This document shows, in pieces, positions 6,886 through 16,002 of a stretch of DNA of 64,000 bases (position 1 is its first letter; every line of letters starts with the position of its first letter). Source of the DNA: Candidatus Saccharimonadales bacterium (lineage in GTDB: Bacteria; Patescibacteriota; Saccharimonadia; Saccharimonadales; UBA4665); assembly GCA_050730855.1 (NCBI GenBank), contig JBOHNU010000002.1, positions 23,820 through 87,819 of the forward strand, given 5' to 3'. The notes under the pieces were generated by a model. That model had not been told where the DNA came from. It ran no database searches and saw only the letters and a program-made list of their open reading frames with translations. The position numbers were made by a program, and so were the translations under genes.

Positions 6886-9461
6886 AACTAAGTACCCAAG
6901 CAACTAAATACCTGAACGAACACTACGGATCGGCCGGCGATCCGGCGCCGGATGGCGTGGAAGAATTGGTTAAAACTATCGGCGCGCAATTGGCGGCGGT
7001 GGAAGAAGTTATTGATTTTGGCAAAAAATTCGAACAAGTCGTCATCGTAAAAGTTGTTTCCTGTGAAGACCATCCCAACGCTGACAAACTGCATGTTTGT
7101 AAAGTTGACGACGACGGTGTAGTTAAAGGCGTCGAGCGCGACGAGCAAGGCTTGGTGCAAGTGGTGTGCGGCGCGCCAAACGTCCGCTCTGGCATGTTGG
7201 CAGCCTGGATGCCGCCGGGCAGCACCGTGCCTAGCACCGTCGGCAAGCAAGACCCGCTTGTGCTCGAAGCGCGCGAGCTGCGTGGCGTGGTGAGCAACGG
7301 CATGATGGCCAGCCCCAGAGAGCTGACCTTGGGCGACGGCCATGAAGGAATCCTGGAAATCGACGAAGAACTCGGGTCGATCAAACCCGGCACGATGTTT
7401 GCCGACGCCTTTCATCTGCGCGGCGACAAAGTCATCGACATGGAAAACAAGATGTTCACGCACCGCCCGGACTGTTTTGGCTGGCTGGGGTTGGCGCGCG
7501 AGCTGGAGGGAATCGCTCACCGCCCGTACAAAAGCCCGGAATGGTACCGCATGAACCCTGAATTTCCAGATGTCGAAAGCGACGAACTGCCGCTGGAAAT
7601 TATCAACGAACTGCCCGAGCTGGTGCCGCGTTTTGTTGCGGTTGTCGTTAGGGATGTCGAAATCAAGCCAAGTCCGGTTTGGCTTCAAGTCGACCTAGCG
7701 CGTGCGGGTGTAAAATCCATCAACAATATCGTAGATTACTCCAATTTTTACATGCTGCTGACCGGCCAGCCGATTCACGCTTACGACTATGACAAAGTAA
7801 AAGCCTTCTCGGGAGGCGACACGGCAAAATTGACTATTCGCTACCCGCGTGAGGGCGAGACCATCAAACTATTAAACGGCAAAGAGATAACGCCTCGAAA
7901 AGAGGCGATGATGGTTGTAGCCGGCGAAAATCACTTGGCTTGCGTGGGCGGTGCAATGGGCGGCAGCGATACTGAGGTTGGCGAGAATACAAAGAATATT
8001 ATTATCGAGGCGGCGAACTGGGATATGTACTCGATGCGGCGCACGGCCATGCACCACGGTATTTTTACCGACGCCGTGACTCGGTTTACCAAGGGTCAAA
8101 GCCCGCTGCAAAATCTGGCGACCGTGGCCAAAATTGTGGATCAAATTCGCAAATACGCCGGCGGCAAAGTGGCCAGCAAACTCATCGACATCAACCACGT
8201 GCCGCCCGAGGCTATGGCGCGCGGCAACATCCATGCGCCGGTCGCCGTAACCGCGCAGTTTATCAATGAACGCCTGGGCTGGAAGCTGACCGCCGACGCC
8301 ATGGCGCTGCTACTACGCAACGTGGAGTTTCGCGTAGAAATAAACGGCGACGAGTTGGCAGTAACCGCGCCGTTTTGGCGCACCGACATCGCCATTGCCG
8401 AAGACCTGGTGGAGGAAGTCGGACGGCTGTACGGCTACGACCATTTGCCGCTGAAGCTTCCCATGCGCGACCTTGCGCCCGCGGCCAGAAATTCGCAGCT
8501 CGAAACAAAGCGCCGCATCCGCGAGCGGTTGGCTCAGGCCGGCGCCAACGAGGTGCTCAGCTACAGCTTTGTACACGGCAATTTGCTGGATAAAGCCGGC
8601 CAAAGCCGCGAGCTGGCTTTCCGGCTTTCCAATGCGCTCAGCCCTGACCTGCAGTATTTCCGTCTCAGCCTAACGCCAAACTTGCTGGAGAAAGTGCACC
8701 TCAATGTTAAAGCCGGCTACGGCCAGTTTGCGCTATTTGAGCTGGGCAAAGTCCATGCCAAAGGTGTAGTGGACGACGAGCAACTGCCGCGTGAGCTGCC
8801 GCGCGTCGCCCTGGTGCTGGCCGCCGACGACAAAGCGGCCAAGGCCGAGTACATCGGTGCGCCGTACTACCAAGCGCGCAAATACCTGATGGACTTGCTT
8901 GAATTGTTTGGCTTGGCAGGCGAGTTGGCATTTGTGCCGCTCGGCGCCGCTTCGTTTGGCGAGCGCGCGGCAATCGAGCAAATGGCCAAGCCTTTCGAGC
9001 CTAATCGTTCCGCGGCCATCATGCGCGGCGATTTGGTAGTCGGCGTGGTTGGCGAGTACCGCTCCGCTGTCATCAAGGCGCTAAAGTTGCCGGCCTTCAC
9101 CGCCGGGTTCGAGCTGTTTTTATCGGCCTTTAAAAACGACGGCGACCCGGCCTACCTCCGGTTGCCGCGCTTCCCCAATATAGAGCAAGACATTTGCCTG
9201 CGTGTGCCGGCCGGTACCCCGTACCAGGAAGTGTTCGATTTTGTCTGGTCGCATCTCGACCAACACCGCCCCGACGCCACCTACCACACCCTCGGCCCTG
9301 TGGATATCTACCAGCGCGAAGGGGACGCCGAGCACAAGCAAGTCACCCTGCGCCTTAGCCTGGCCAGCTACGAGCGCACGCTTACCGACCAAGAAGTAAA
9401 TGCGCTGCTGGACGGAGTAGCCGCAGCGGCAAAAACGGCTCTACGCGCCGAGCGTGTATAG
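6882..9461 (+). CDS. pheT: phenylalanine--tRNA ligase beta subunit
   Basis: 859 aa with an N-terminal tRNA-binding (OB) domain, B3/4 and B5 regions, and a C-terminal anticodon-binding-like domain. ATGA overlap with the NYN gene. Confidence 0.95.
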   Translation: MKLSTQATKYLNEHYGSAGDPAPDGVEELVKTIGAQLAAVEEVIDFGKKFEQVVIVKVVSCEDHPNADKLHVCKVDDDGVVKGVERDEQGLVQVVCGAPNVRSGMLAAWMPPGSTVPSTVGKQDPLVLEARELRGVVSNGMMASPRELTLGDGHEGILEIDEELGSIKPGTMFADAFHLRGDKVIDMENKMFTHRPDCFGWLGLARELEGIAHRPYKSPEWYRMNPEFPDVESDELPLEIINELPELVPRFVAVVVRDVEIKPSPVWLQVDLARAGVKSINNIVDYSNFYMLLTGQPIHAYDYDKVKAFSGGDTAKLTIRYPREGETIKLLNGKEITPRKEAMMVVAGENHLACVGGAMGGSDTEVGENTKNIIIEAANWDMYSMRRTAMHHGIFTDAVTRFTKGQSPLQNLATVAKIVDQIRKYAGGKVASKLIDINHVPPEAMARGNIHAPVAVTAQFINERLGWKLTADAMALLLRNVEFRVEINGDELAVTAPFWRTDIAIAEDLVEEVGRLYGYDHLPLKLPMRDLAPAARNSQLETKRRIRERLAQAGANEVLSYSFVHGNLLDKAGQSRELAFRLSNALSPDLQYFRLSLTPNLLEKVHLNVKAGYGQFALFELGKVHAKGVVDDEQLPRELPRVALVLAADDKAAKAEYIGAPYYQARKYLMDLLELFGLAGELAFVPLGAASFGERAAIEQMAKPFEPNRSAAIMRGDLVVGVVGEYRSAVIKALKLPAFTAGFELFLSAFKNDGDPAYLRLPRFPNIEQDICLRVPAGTPYQEVFDFVWSHLDQHRPDATYHTLGPVDIYQREGDAEHKQVTLRLSLASYERTLTDQEVNALLDGVAAAAKTALRAERV

Positions 9462-9558
9462 CGTAAAACCGGCTAACGCGGTGAATTTTACCACGCAAAC
9501 CAGTAGCCCGCGGCGCATTAGTCGCGTATAATAAAAAGCCCAAGGGAATGGAGGATAT

Positions 9559-10104
9559 ATGGCGCAACGGCGAGACAGAGTAATCGCGCTAGTTCTAGCA
9601 ATTGTTTTCTTTGCCACATCGGTAGGTGTGAGCATTTTAGTGGCGTGGGAGCTTATTTGGGGCGGCGATAATCAGCAAACAACAAACCAGGAGTTAAACA
9701 TGAACACCCTGCAAGGCACGCCGCTAGCCGGCTTTACCCCAGTAGAAAAAGTAGAAAGCCTGCAAATTATCGACCTAGAGCCGGGCACCGGCCAGGAAGT
9801 TGCCGTTGGCAACACCGTTGACGTACACTACACCGGCGCCGTAGCGGCCACAGGCATTATTTTTCAGAGCTCACTAGACACCGGACGCACCGCGACGGTC
9901 GAGCTAAAGGATGGCCCCGGCGGAGTTATCAAAGGCTGGGTCGACGGACTGCAAGGCATGAAAGAAGGCGGCAAACGCCGGATTGTTATCCCCGCCAGCC
10001 TGGCATATGGCGAAAGCCCGCCCTCCGGCAGCGGTATCCCGCCAAACGCTGACCTGGTGTTTGACGTTACCGTAAACGGTGTAATCCAAGCCGCCAGCGA
10101 ATAA
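9559..10104 (+). CDS. FKBP-type peptidyl-prolyl cis-trans isomerase, membrane anchored
   Basis: VHYTG...GVIKGWVDGLQGMKEGGKRRIVIPASLAYGE...DLVFDVTV is the FKBP_C signature. N-terminal TM helix. GGAGGA SD upstream. Confidence 0.85.
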   Translation: MAQRRDRVIALVLAIVFFATSVGVSILVAWELIWGGDNQQTTNQELNMNTLQGTPLAGFTPVEKVESLQIIDLEPGTGQEVAVGNTVDVHYTGAVAATGIIFQSSLDTGRTATVELKDGPGGVIKGWVDGLQGMKEGGKRRIVIPASLAYGESPPSGSGIPPNADLVFDVTVNGVIQAASE

Positions 10105-10133
10105 TAACGTAAAAAACACAATATGTAGAGTCT

Positions 10134-10162
10134 TGCATAAAATACAGGCGCTACATACAATA
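10134..10162 (+). promoter_or_regulatory. sigma70-like promoter candidate for the glutaredoxin-like gene
   Basis: TTGCAT (10134-10139), 17-nt spacer, TACAAT (10157-10162). Confidence 0.35.
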
Positions 10163-10199
10163 AGCGTAAGCACAAAAACAAAGGGCGAAGGGGAACTAA

Positions 10200-10448
10200 A
10201 TGGTCAAGAACATAACAATTTTCACCACCACAACATGCGCGTACTGCCCAATGGTCAAAAAATGGCTGGCCGGGAAAGGTTTTCCGTACGAAGAAGTCAA
10301 TCTCGACCAAAACCCAGAGCGCCAGGCGGAAGCCCTAGCCGTCAGCGGCGCGTTAACCGTGCCGGTAACAGTGGTGACCCGCCAGGACAACTCTAAGCAA
10401 GTTGTAGTCGGCTTTAACTTGGCTAAATTGGCGCCAGCCGTAGCGTAG
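10200..10448 (+). CDS. glutaredoxin-like / NrdH-like small redoxin
   Basis: 82 aa with a CAYC active site after a beta1 strand (ITIFTTTTCAYCPMVKKWL) and the TVP cis-Pro motif. Confidence 0.75.
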   Translation: MVKNITIFTTTTCAYCPMVKKWLAGKGFPYEEVNLDQNPERQAEALAVSGALTVPVTVVTRQDNSKQVVVGFNLAKLAPAVA

Positions 10449-10463
10449 GTTAGAATACTGTAT

Positions 10464-11465
10464 ATGGCTAATGAAACTCCCGGGGAAAAAGTACACGACG
10501 TGCTAATGGTGGGTGCCGGTCCGGCGGCGCTGGCCGCGACCATCTACACCACGCGCGAGGATATCGAGACCGTGCTGTACGAGCGCGGCGTTATCGGTGG
10601 CCTGGCTGCCGTAACCGACTGGGTGGATAATTATCCGGGCTTTCCAAAGGGCATTGCCGGGCTGGACTATGCCGAAAATCTGCGCCAGCAAGCCGAACGG
10701 TTCGGCGCAAAAATTGAGCTGGGCGAAGTTAATAAAATCACTGACGAGGGGCAGTACAAGCGCATCACTACCGCCGACGGCGACGTACTGGCCAAGTCTG
10801 TGCTTATCGCCACCGGCACTGACTACAAGCGTACCGGAGTGCCCGGCGAGTCCGAGTTTTACGCCCGCGGCGTACATTTCTGCGCCACCTGCGACGGTGC
10901 GTTTTACCGGGGAAAGCGGCTGGTGGCCGTGGGCGGTGGTAACTCCTCTATACAGGAGTCGATGTTTTTGACTAAGTTTGCGTCGCACATCGATATTCTG
11001 GTGCGCGGCGACAGCCTGAAGGCCAGCGAAATCTTACAGCACGAAGTAATGAGCGACAAATACAAAGATAAAATTACCATTCACTTTAACACCACCACCG
11101 ACGAAATCGTGGGCGAGGAAATAGAAGGCATCAAGCGCGTAACCAAAGTGATTGGCACCGACAAAACCACCGGCCAAAAAGTGGAGTTTCCCACCGACGG
11201 TGTATTCGTGTTTGTCGGTCTAAAGCCCAACACCGAGTTTTTGAAAGAGTCCGCCATCGAGCTAGACGAAGTTGGCTTTGTAAAATCAAACGAGCATCTT
11301 GAAACCAATATGTCGGGCGTGTTCGTGGCGGGCGATGTGCGAAGCGGCGCCACCATGCAAATAGCCACAGCCACCGGCGAAGGCGCCACCGCCGCCCTGC
11401 GCATCCGCGAATATCTGGAAGAACACGGCCGCAAACACGCCGGCACCGGCGACTACAGCGAATAA
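10464..11465 (+). CDS. trxB: thioredoxin-disulfide reductase
   Basis: GAGPAALAAT FAD motif, CATCDG redox-active disulfide, GGGNS NADPH motif. Confidence 0.9.
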   Translation: MANETPGEKVHDVLMVGAGPAALAATIYTTREDIETVLYERGVIGGLAAVTDWVDNYPGFPKGIAGLDYAENLRQQAERFGAKIELGEVNKITDEGQYKRITTADGDVLAKSVLIATGTDYKRTGVPGESEFYARGVHFCATCDGAFYRGKRLVAVGGGNSSIQESMFLTKFASHIDILVRGDSLKASEILQHEVMSDKYKDKITIHFNTTTDEIVGEEIEGIKRVTKVIGTDKTTGQKVEFPTDGVFVFVGLKPNTEFLKESAIELDEVGFVKSNEHLETNMSGVFVAGDVRSGATMQIATATGEGATAALRIREYLEEHGRKHAGTGDYSE

Positions 11466-11466
11466 G

Positions 11467-12141
11467 TTATAGTTCGGGGTAGCCCGGGAAGTAATCGGCG
11501 ACTAAACGGCTTGGGTCAATCCCAAGCCGTTTTGCATTTTTATATAATGTTTCAACTAATTCTTCAGGGCCTGAGATATAGATGTATGAGTTTTCTGGTG
11601 TTGCATGTTTGATCGCCTCGGCTGTAAATTTGCTGCGCGAGCCGGAAGTAATCGGTTTGAAATCCATTTTGTAGTCCTGGAATAGTTGCTTGAAAGCTAG
11701 CTCATCTGGCTTTGTGGCGAACCATAACTTGACAGCTCGCTTTTCGCCAGTGTCATGCAGCCACTTAATGATGCTGCGCACCGGTGTTATGCCAAGCCCG
11801 GCCGCAACAAAAAAAATCGGAATGGACGGGTCTTTCGGCAACACAAAATCACCCATTGGCTCGGCTAGGTGTAGCCTGGCTCCTGGCTTTAAGTTAGCCA
11901 GTTGCTGTTTGAACGAGCTGCTTTCTGAAGGCTGCAAGCGAGTAGTAATTCCGAGCAGTTCTTCAGTCGGCGAGCTAGAAAGTGTGAACCAACGGCGAAT
12001 ACCGCGGCCATCCGCATCGTCATGCGGTAGGTACAGTTCGGTAAATTGTCCGGAAGTGTAGCGCACCGGCTTCTCCGGTCGAAACCACAGCGTTTTAATG
12101 TGGCCAGCCACATTCTCGACAGACTCCAAAATCACGTACAT
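11467..12141 (-). CDS. FNR-like FAD/NAD(P)-binding oxidoreductase
   Basis: RWFTLSS (RxYS/T-type FAD motif) and AAGLGITP (NAD(P) motif). 224 aa. Confidence 0.7.
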   Translation of the reverse strand: MYVILESVENVAGHIKTLWFRPEKPVRYTSGQFTELYLPHDDADGRGIRRWFTLSSSPTEELLGITTRLQPSESSSFKQQLANLKPGARLHLAEPMGDFVLPKDPSIPIFFVAAGLGITPVRSIIKWLHDTGEKRAVKLWFATKPDELAFKQLFQDYKMDFKPITSGSRSKFTAEAIKHATPENSYIYISGPEELVETLYKNAKRLGIDPSRLVADYFPGYPEL

Positions 12142-12166
12142 GCCTACAGTATACCCTGCGTGGGTG

Positions 12167-12817
12167 CTACTTTAGTTTGTCGGGGTAGTCGGTCACAGCA
12201 CCGGCCAGCCCAGAAGAAGCCCAGCGAGCTGCTTTGTCTGGATCGTTCAGCGGATATGCATACAGTTCGTAGCCGCTTTTTTGCATAGAACGAATAAACC
12301 CACGCCACAAAAAGCGCTGGTTCATGCAGACGATTTTCGTCCCCAGCTTTCGTGCGCGATGCGTTGCTCGCACGCCTGACCAGGATTCGAGTACGACAAC
12401 AGGAATCTCTGGCAGAGCCGCGTGCAGCTCTTTGAGTGTTCTAAAACTAAACGAAGTTAGCTTGAAATCTGTCGGCAGCCAGTTTTGGTGCAGCCATTGT
12501 CTTAGTAGCGCGATGATCGGTACGGTGGACACATTTGGTTTGACTTCAATATCAATTGGCACGCGCCGGTTAATGGTACGAACGGCTTGCTCGAGGGTAA
12601 TCAGGTTGGGCTTGTGTTGACGCAATTCATGAAAAGACTGGTCGGCGATCACAAAATCATCTAGTGCTGGGTCGTGGCACAAAATTGGGATGTTGTCTTT
12701 CGTTACACGAACATCGATTTCAATTTCGTCGACGCCCGCCTGTATGCCAGCTTCAATCGCTGCCAGCGTGTTTTCTGGCGCCAGACCTTTTGCGCCGCGA
12801 TGTCCAATAATTTTCAT
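12167..12817 (-). CDS. glycerophosphodiester phosphodiesterase
   Basis: MKIIGHRGAKGLAPENTLAAI...EIDVRVTKDNIPILCHD is the GDPD signature. Start trimmed to ATG 12817. Confidence 0.85.
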   Translation of the reverse strand: MKIIGHRGAKGLAPENTLAAIEAGIQAGVDEIEIDVRVTKDNIPILCHDPALDDFVIADQSFHELRQHKPNLITLEQAVRTINRRVPIDIEVKPNVSTVPIIALLRQWLHQNWLPTDFKLTSFSFRTLKELHAALPEIPVVVLESWSGVRATHRARKLGTKIVCMNQRFLWRGFIRSMQKSGYELYAYPLNDPDKAARWASSGLAGAVTDYPDKLK

Positions 12818-12865
12818 AGCTATCTTCTTATAGTACAATACAACCAGAGAATAAAAGGAGTAATT

Positions 12866-13393
12866 ATGGCAGATTTTAACCAAGTGCTGACCCCGGGCGA
12901 CTGGCAGAACGGCAGCGTCAATACCGTTGTTGAGATTCCGCAAGGCTCAACCCTCAAAGTGGAGTGGGATCGCAAGCGCGCTGCATTTATGCTTGACCGC
13001 GTCGAACCAAGTATCTTTGCCAAGCCGGTGAACTACGGATTTATCCCGCAGACTTTGGACGATGACGGCGACGAGCTGGACACTCTGATTGTGTGTGCCG
13101 AGCCGATTCCGACTGGCGTATGGCTCGAAGCTCGCATTGTTGGTGTGCTGGACTTTACCGATGACGGCGAGGCCGACCACAAGATTGTGGTGGTACCGGC
13201 CGACGACCGCCATACTGGCGATAGCATTAAGTCGCTCGACGACCTGGGCGAACGCTGGAAACAACAGATTGAGCACCATTTTTCGCACTACAAAGACCTC
13301 AAAAAGCCGGGCAGCACCAAAGTAAACGGCTGGGGCGACTCCGAAGCCGCCAAAAAAATCATCGAAGAATCAATCGAACGTTTTAAGAAGTAG
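12866..13393 (+). CDS. ppa: inorganic pyrophosphatase (family I)
   Basis: VVEIPQGS..K.E.D, YGFIPQTLDDDGDELD and DHKIV motifs. Start trimmed to ATG 12866 (MADFNQ). Confidence 0.9.
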   Translation: MADFNQVLTPGDWQNGSVNTVVEIPQGSTLKVEWDRKRAAFMLDRVEPSIFAKPVNYGFIPQTLDDDGDELDTLIVCAEPIPTGVWLEARIVGVLDFTDDGEADHKIVVVPADDRHTGDSIKSLDDLGERWKQQIEHHFSHYKDLKKPGSTKVNGWGDSEAAKKIIEESIERFKK

Positions 13394-13398
13394 TATCC

Positions 13399-13815
13399 AT
13401 GAAGTCCTTCGTCGTATCAAAAGTGTTGGTAGTAAACGAAAAGGGCGAAGTGTTGGCCTTGCGTCGGAGTCAAACCGACGAGCGCCGGCCGGGCCAGTGG
13501 GATTTTCCAGGCGGCTGGGTCGACGCCGGTGAGGACACGCACAAAGCCGCCATCCGCGAGGCCAAGGAGGAAGCGGGCATTGAGCTGAAAGATCCGGAGT
13601 TGGTGTTTGCATTCAGCGAAGTTGATTCGAAGCGCGGCAACGGCACGTGGCTGCTATATATCGAGCATATTTTTAGTGAACCTACAGTTACTCTTAGCGC
13701 CGAGCACGATGCTTACGATTGGAAAAAGCCTGAGGATTTGCTAAAAGAAATCACCTACGACCGCCAGCAGAAGATGCTCCGCTACGTGCTGCAAAACAAA
13801 CTGCTCGAGAAATAG
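13399..13815 (+). CDS. NUDIX hydrolase
   Basis: Nudix box GGWVDAGEDTHKAAIREAKEEAGI. Confidence 0.85.
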   Translation: MKSFVVSKVLVVNEKGEVLALRRSQTDERRPGQWDFPGGWVDAGEDTHKAAIREAKEEAGIELKDPELVFAFSEVDSKRGNGTWLLYIEHIFSEPTVTLSAEHDAYDWKKPEDLLKEITYDRQQKMLRYVLQNKLLEK

Positions 13816-13884
13816 CCCCCGTGAACCAATAGAAATGAGTTCATAGGCTTGTGCTGTCCGCTGCCGCAACGCTATAATGAGGGA

Positions 13885-14289
13885 ATGCCAAGTAAAAAAA
13901 CCAAGTTCGAATGGAGCATACAAAAAGTTTTAGCCGTCGTGGCTATTGTGCTGCTGGCGGGAGTGTTTATTTATGCCGTCGTGGCCATTACAGCAAACAA
14001 GCAGGACGTTGGCACGCCTCCATCTAGCGGCCAGCAACTTACCGTTGAGGGCGAGTATGTCTGCCTGCCCAAAGCCGGTAGTGGCCCTCAAACGTTGGAG
14101 TGCGCGTTTGGCATCCAGACCACCGATGATGTGTACTACGGCCTCGACTTTACGCAAGTAGGCGGCGATGCGGCTGTCAGCGCGCTGCGCATTGGCGACC
14201 GAGTGCGCATAACCGGCACCTTCGAGCCGCAAGAAAGCATTTACATCAGTGAAGGTGTAGTACGCGTCTTGAGCTTTGAAGAGCTATAG
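13885..14289 (+). CDS. hypothetical membrane-anchored protein
   Basis: Start taken at ATG 13885 (MPSKKTKFEW), 6 nt after TATAAT (13873-13878). One TM helix followed by a soluble domain of about 100 aa. No family recognised. Confidence 0.45.
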   Translation: MPSKKTKFEWSIQKVLAVVAIVLLAGVFIYAVVAITANKQDVGTPPSSGQQLTVEGEYVCLPKAGSGPQTLECAFGIQTTDDVYYGLDFTQVGGDAAVSALRIGDRVRITGTFEPQESIYISEGVVRVLSFEEL

Positions 14290-14319
14290 AGCAGGGCTTG
14301 CTAGCACCCACCCCACTGG

Positions 14320-15402
14320 TTATTGTGTACGGGTTCGGGCGAAGGCGATGATTTGCTGCAGAGCGTTCTGTCCGTCGGCATTATCTAGGTTGAACTGGTA
14401 TTCGTGCGGGAGTCCGGGGCTGTGGTTTGGCTCGTAGAACAGACTTGTAACGGAAACACCAAGTGCCGACAGCACCGCGGCAAACGGCCTGGACTGCACG
14501 TCCGTGAGCGGGTCGGCATTGCCGCCGGTTATAAAGGTTGCCGGGAAGTTTCTAGTGACGTAGTAGTAAGGCGACATCTGCCGGATTACAGGGGCGGAAA
14601 AATCATTCGTACCGCTGTACGCCCAGACTGTTACATCGCTCCCCCAGCCAAGCAGGCGTGAGGCGGCTGCCGGATGCGCCAGCTCCTCCATTTTGTAGAT
14701 GCCGCAGCTGAGTACCACGCCTTTCAGCTGTGCAGGCAGGAGTGAAGGCACGATTCCTACCTCTTGCGCGTAGGCAGGATTGGTGATAATCACGGCCAAC
14801 TGCGATGAAAGCTGCGAACCCGCCGAATCACCAGCTAGAATAATGTTGTCTGTGTCGGCATGGAAGCGCTCTGCGTTTTCAAGAATGTAGGCGTGCGCCG
14901 TATTCAACTGATGTACGGGGAGTGGATACGTATGTTGGGGCGCCAGAGAGTAGTTGGGCGCCACCACCACAAACCCTGCCTGCGCAAGCAGCTTGTAGTA
15001 TCCGGCCGCGTCGGTTTTGTCGCCCGACAGCCACGCGCCGCCGTGCGTCCAGATAATTACGGGTAGTTTCTGGCCGCCAGCTTGAGCGCTATCGGGCATA
15101 TACACATCAAGCAGTGCGTCAGTGTCGCCGGCTTTGTACTGTTGATCGCTTATAATGGCTACGCCGCTAGCTGGCGCGTGCTCTTCCAGCCCGGCGGCAG
15201 TTTTCGCGCCTTCTTTTTCGAACACGTAGCGAATGACCATGGCGCCAGGCCATGGACTTAGGCGAAACCATATCGCAGCAATAATACAAAGAATTAATAT
15301 GCCTGCGACGATGCCGCCCAGCCACCACCAAAGTCGCCTGTGCCGCCGCCAAAAGCCGGCCGGCGCCGTCCTAGTTGTTTTGTTGGGAGTTTTAACCTTC
15401 AT
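14320..15402 (-). CDS. alpha/beta-hydrolase (esterase/lipase, HGG + GDSAG type), N-terminal TM anchor
   Basis: WTHGGAW oxyanion motif and GDSAGSQL nucleophile elbow. 4-nt overlap with the sortase gene upstream. Confidence 0.8.
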   Translation of the reverse strand: MKVKTPNKTTRTAPAGFWRRHRRLWWWLGGIVAGILILCIIAAIWFRLSPWPGAMVIRYVFEKEGAKTAAGLEEHAPASGVAIISDQQYKAGDTDALLDVYMPDSAQAGGQKLPVIIWTHGGAWLSGDKTDAAGYYKLLAQAGFVVVAPNYSLAPQHTYPLPVHQLNTAHAYILENAERFHADTDNIILAGDSAGSQLSSQLAVIITNPAYAQEVGIVPSLLPAQLKGVVLSCGIYKMEELAHPAAASRLLGWGSDVTVWAYSGTNDFSAPVIRQMSPYYYVTRNFPATFITGGNADPLTDVQSRPFAAVLSALGVSVTSLFYEPNHSPGLPHEYQFNLDNADGQNALQQIIAFARTRTQ

Positions 15403-16001
15403 GGCCGTAGTATAGCATGAGCGGTTTCAAACAGCGGCCTGGCCTCCACAACTTCCCGGCCGTCGTGTTCGCCCTTAAAGGTGCACGTGTAGAGAGTTAG
15501 TTTAGGCGTTTCACTGGGTGCCTCAATTTCGGTTTGATGCGGCTTGACGGTAAAGCGCCGCACTACCTCGTATTCGTAGCGATTGCCTTTGAAATCTACA
15601 AAAATTTTGTCGCCGGGAGTGAGCTTATTGATGTGGTAAAACGGCGACTTGCGCTGGGTTGCGCCAGGGGTAAGCCCCAGTTTAAAGCGGTGCGCGCTTA
15701 CAATAAAATTGCCGCCTTTGGCCGGGTTGCCGTGTTCGGGGTAGCGGTGCCATGCGTTTTCGTTTAGTACTTTCGGCCCGCCGGTTAGGTAAGGGATTGC
15801 TACACCGATTTTAGGTATAAGTAGCCGGTTTGGCGCAGTGTCGTCGTTAGTGACAACCAGTGGCGCTGGATTTTCTAGAGCCACGGCAGGAGGCGGAGAA
15901 TATACCGTGGTAGGAAAAACGAGCAGCGCAATGTACACGCCAATGCCTGCCGGGAGCAAACACAAGGCGATCACCAAGCGCCGTCTGGTCATGTACTTCA
16001 T
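15399..16001 (-). CDS. sortase-family transpeptidase (class E-like)
   Basis: FIVSAHR (catalytic His) and LTLYTCT (TLxTC Cys motif). N-terminal TM anchor. Lies directly downstream of an LAATG substrate gene. Confidence 0.8.
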   Translation of the reverse strand: MKYMTRRRLVIALCLLPAGIGVYIALLVFPTTVYSPPPAVALENPAPLVVTNDDTAPNRLLIPKIGVAIPYLTGGPKVLNENAWHRYPEHGNPAKGGNFIVSAHRFKLGLTPGATQRKSPFYHINKLTPGDKIFVDFKGNRYEYEVVRRFTVKPHQTEIEAPSETPKLTLYTCTFKGEHDGREVVEARPLFETAHAILRP

Positions 16002-16002
16002 T

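Noticed and set aside
6888-7688. Long antisense ORFs in the track that lie inside well-supported genes. Examples are 6888..7688 in pheT, 34123..34989 in gatB, 44842..45522 in the pilB-like gene, 54076..54705 in clpC, 29544..30089 in uvrB and 26224..26805 in the 414-aa ORF.
   Set aside because: They are fully nested opposite genes with strong family motifs. Their Arg/Ala/Gly/Pro-rich composition is typical of GC-rich shadow frames. They show no motifs and no plausible start context.
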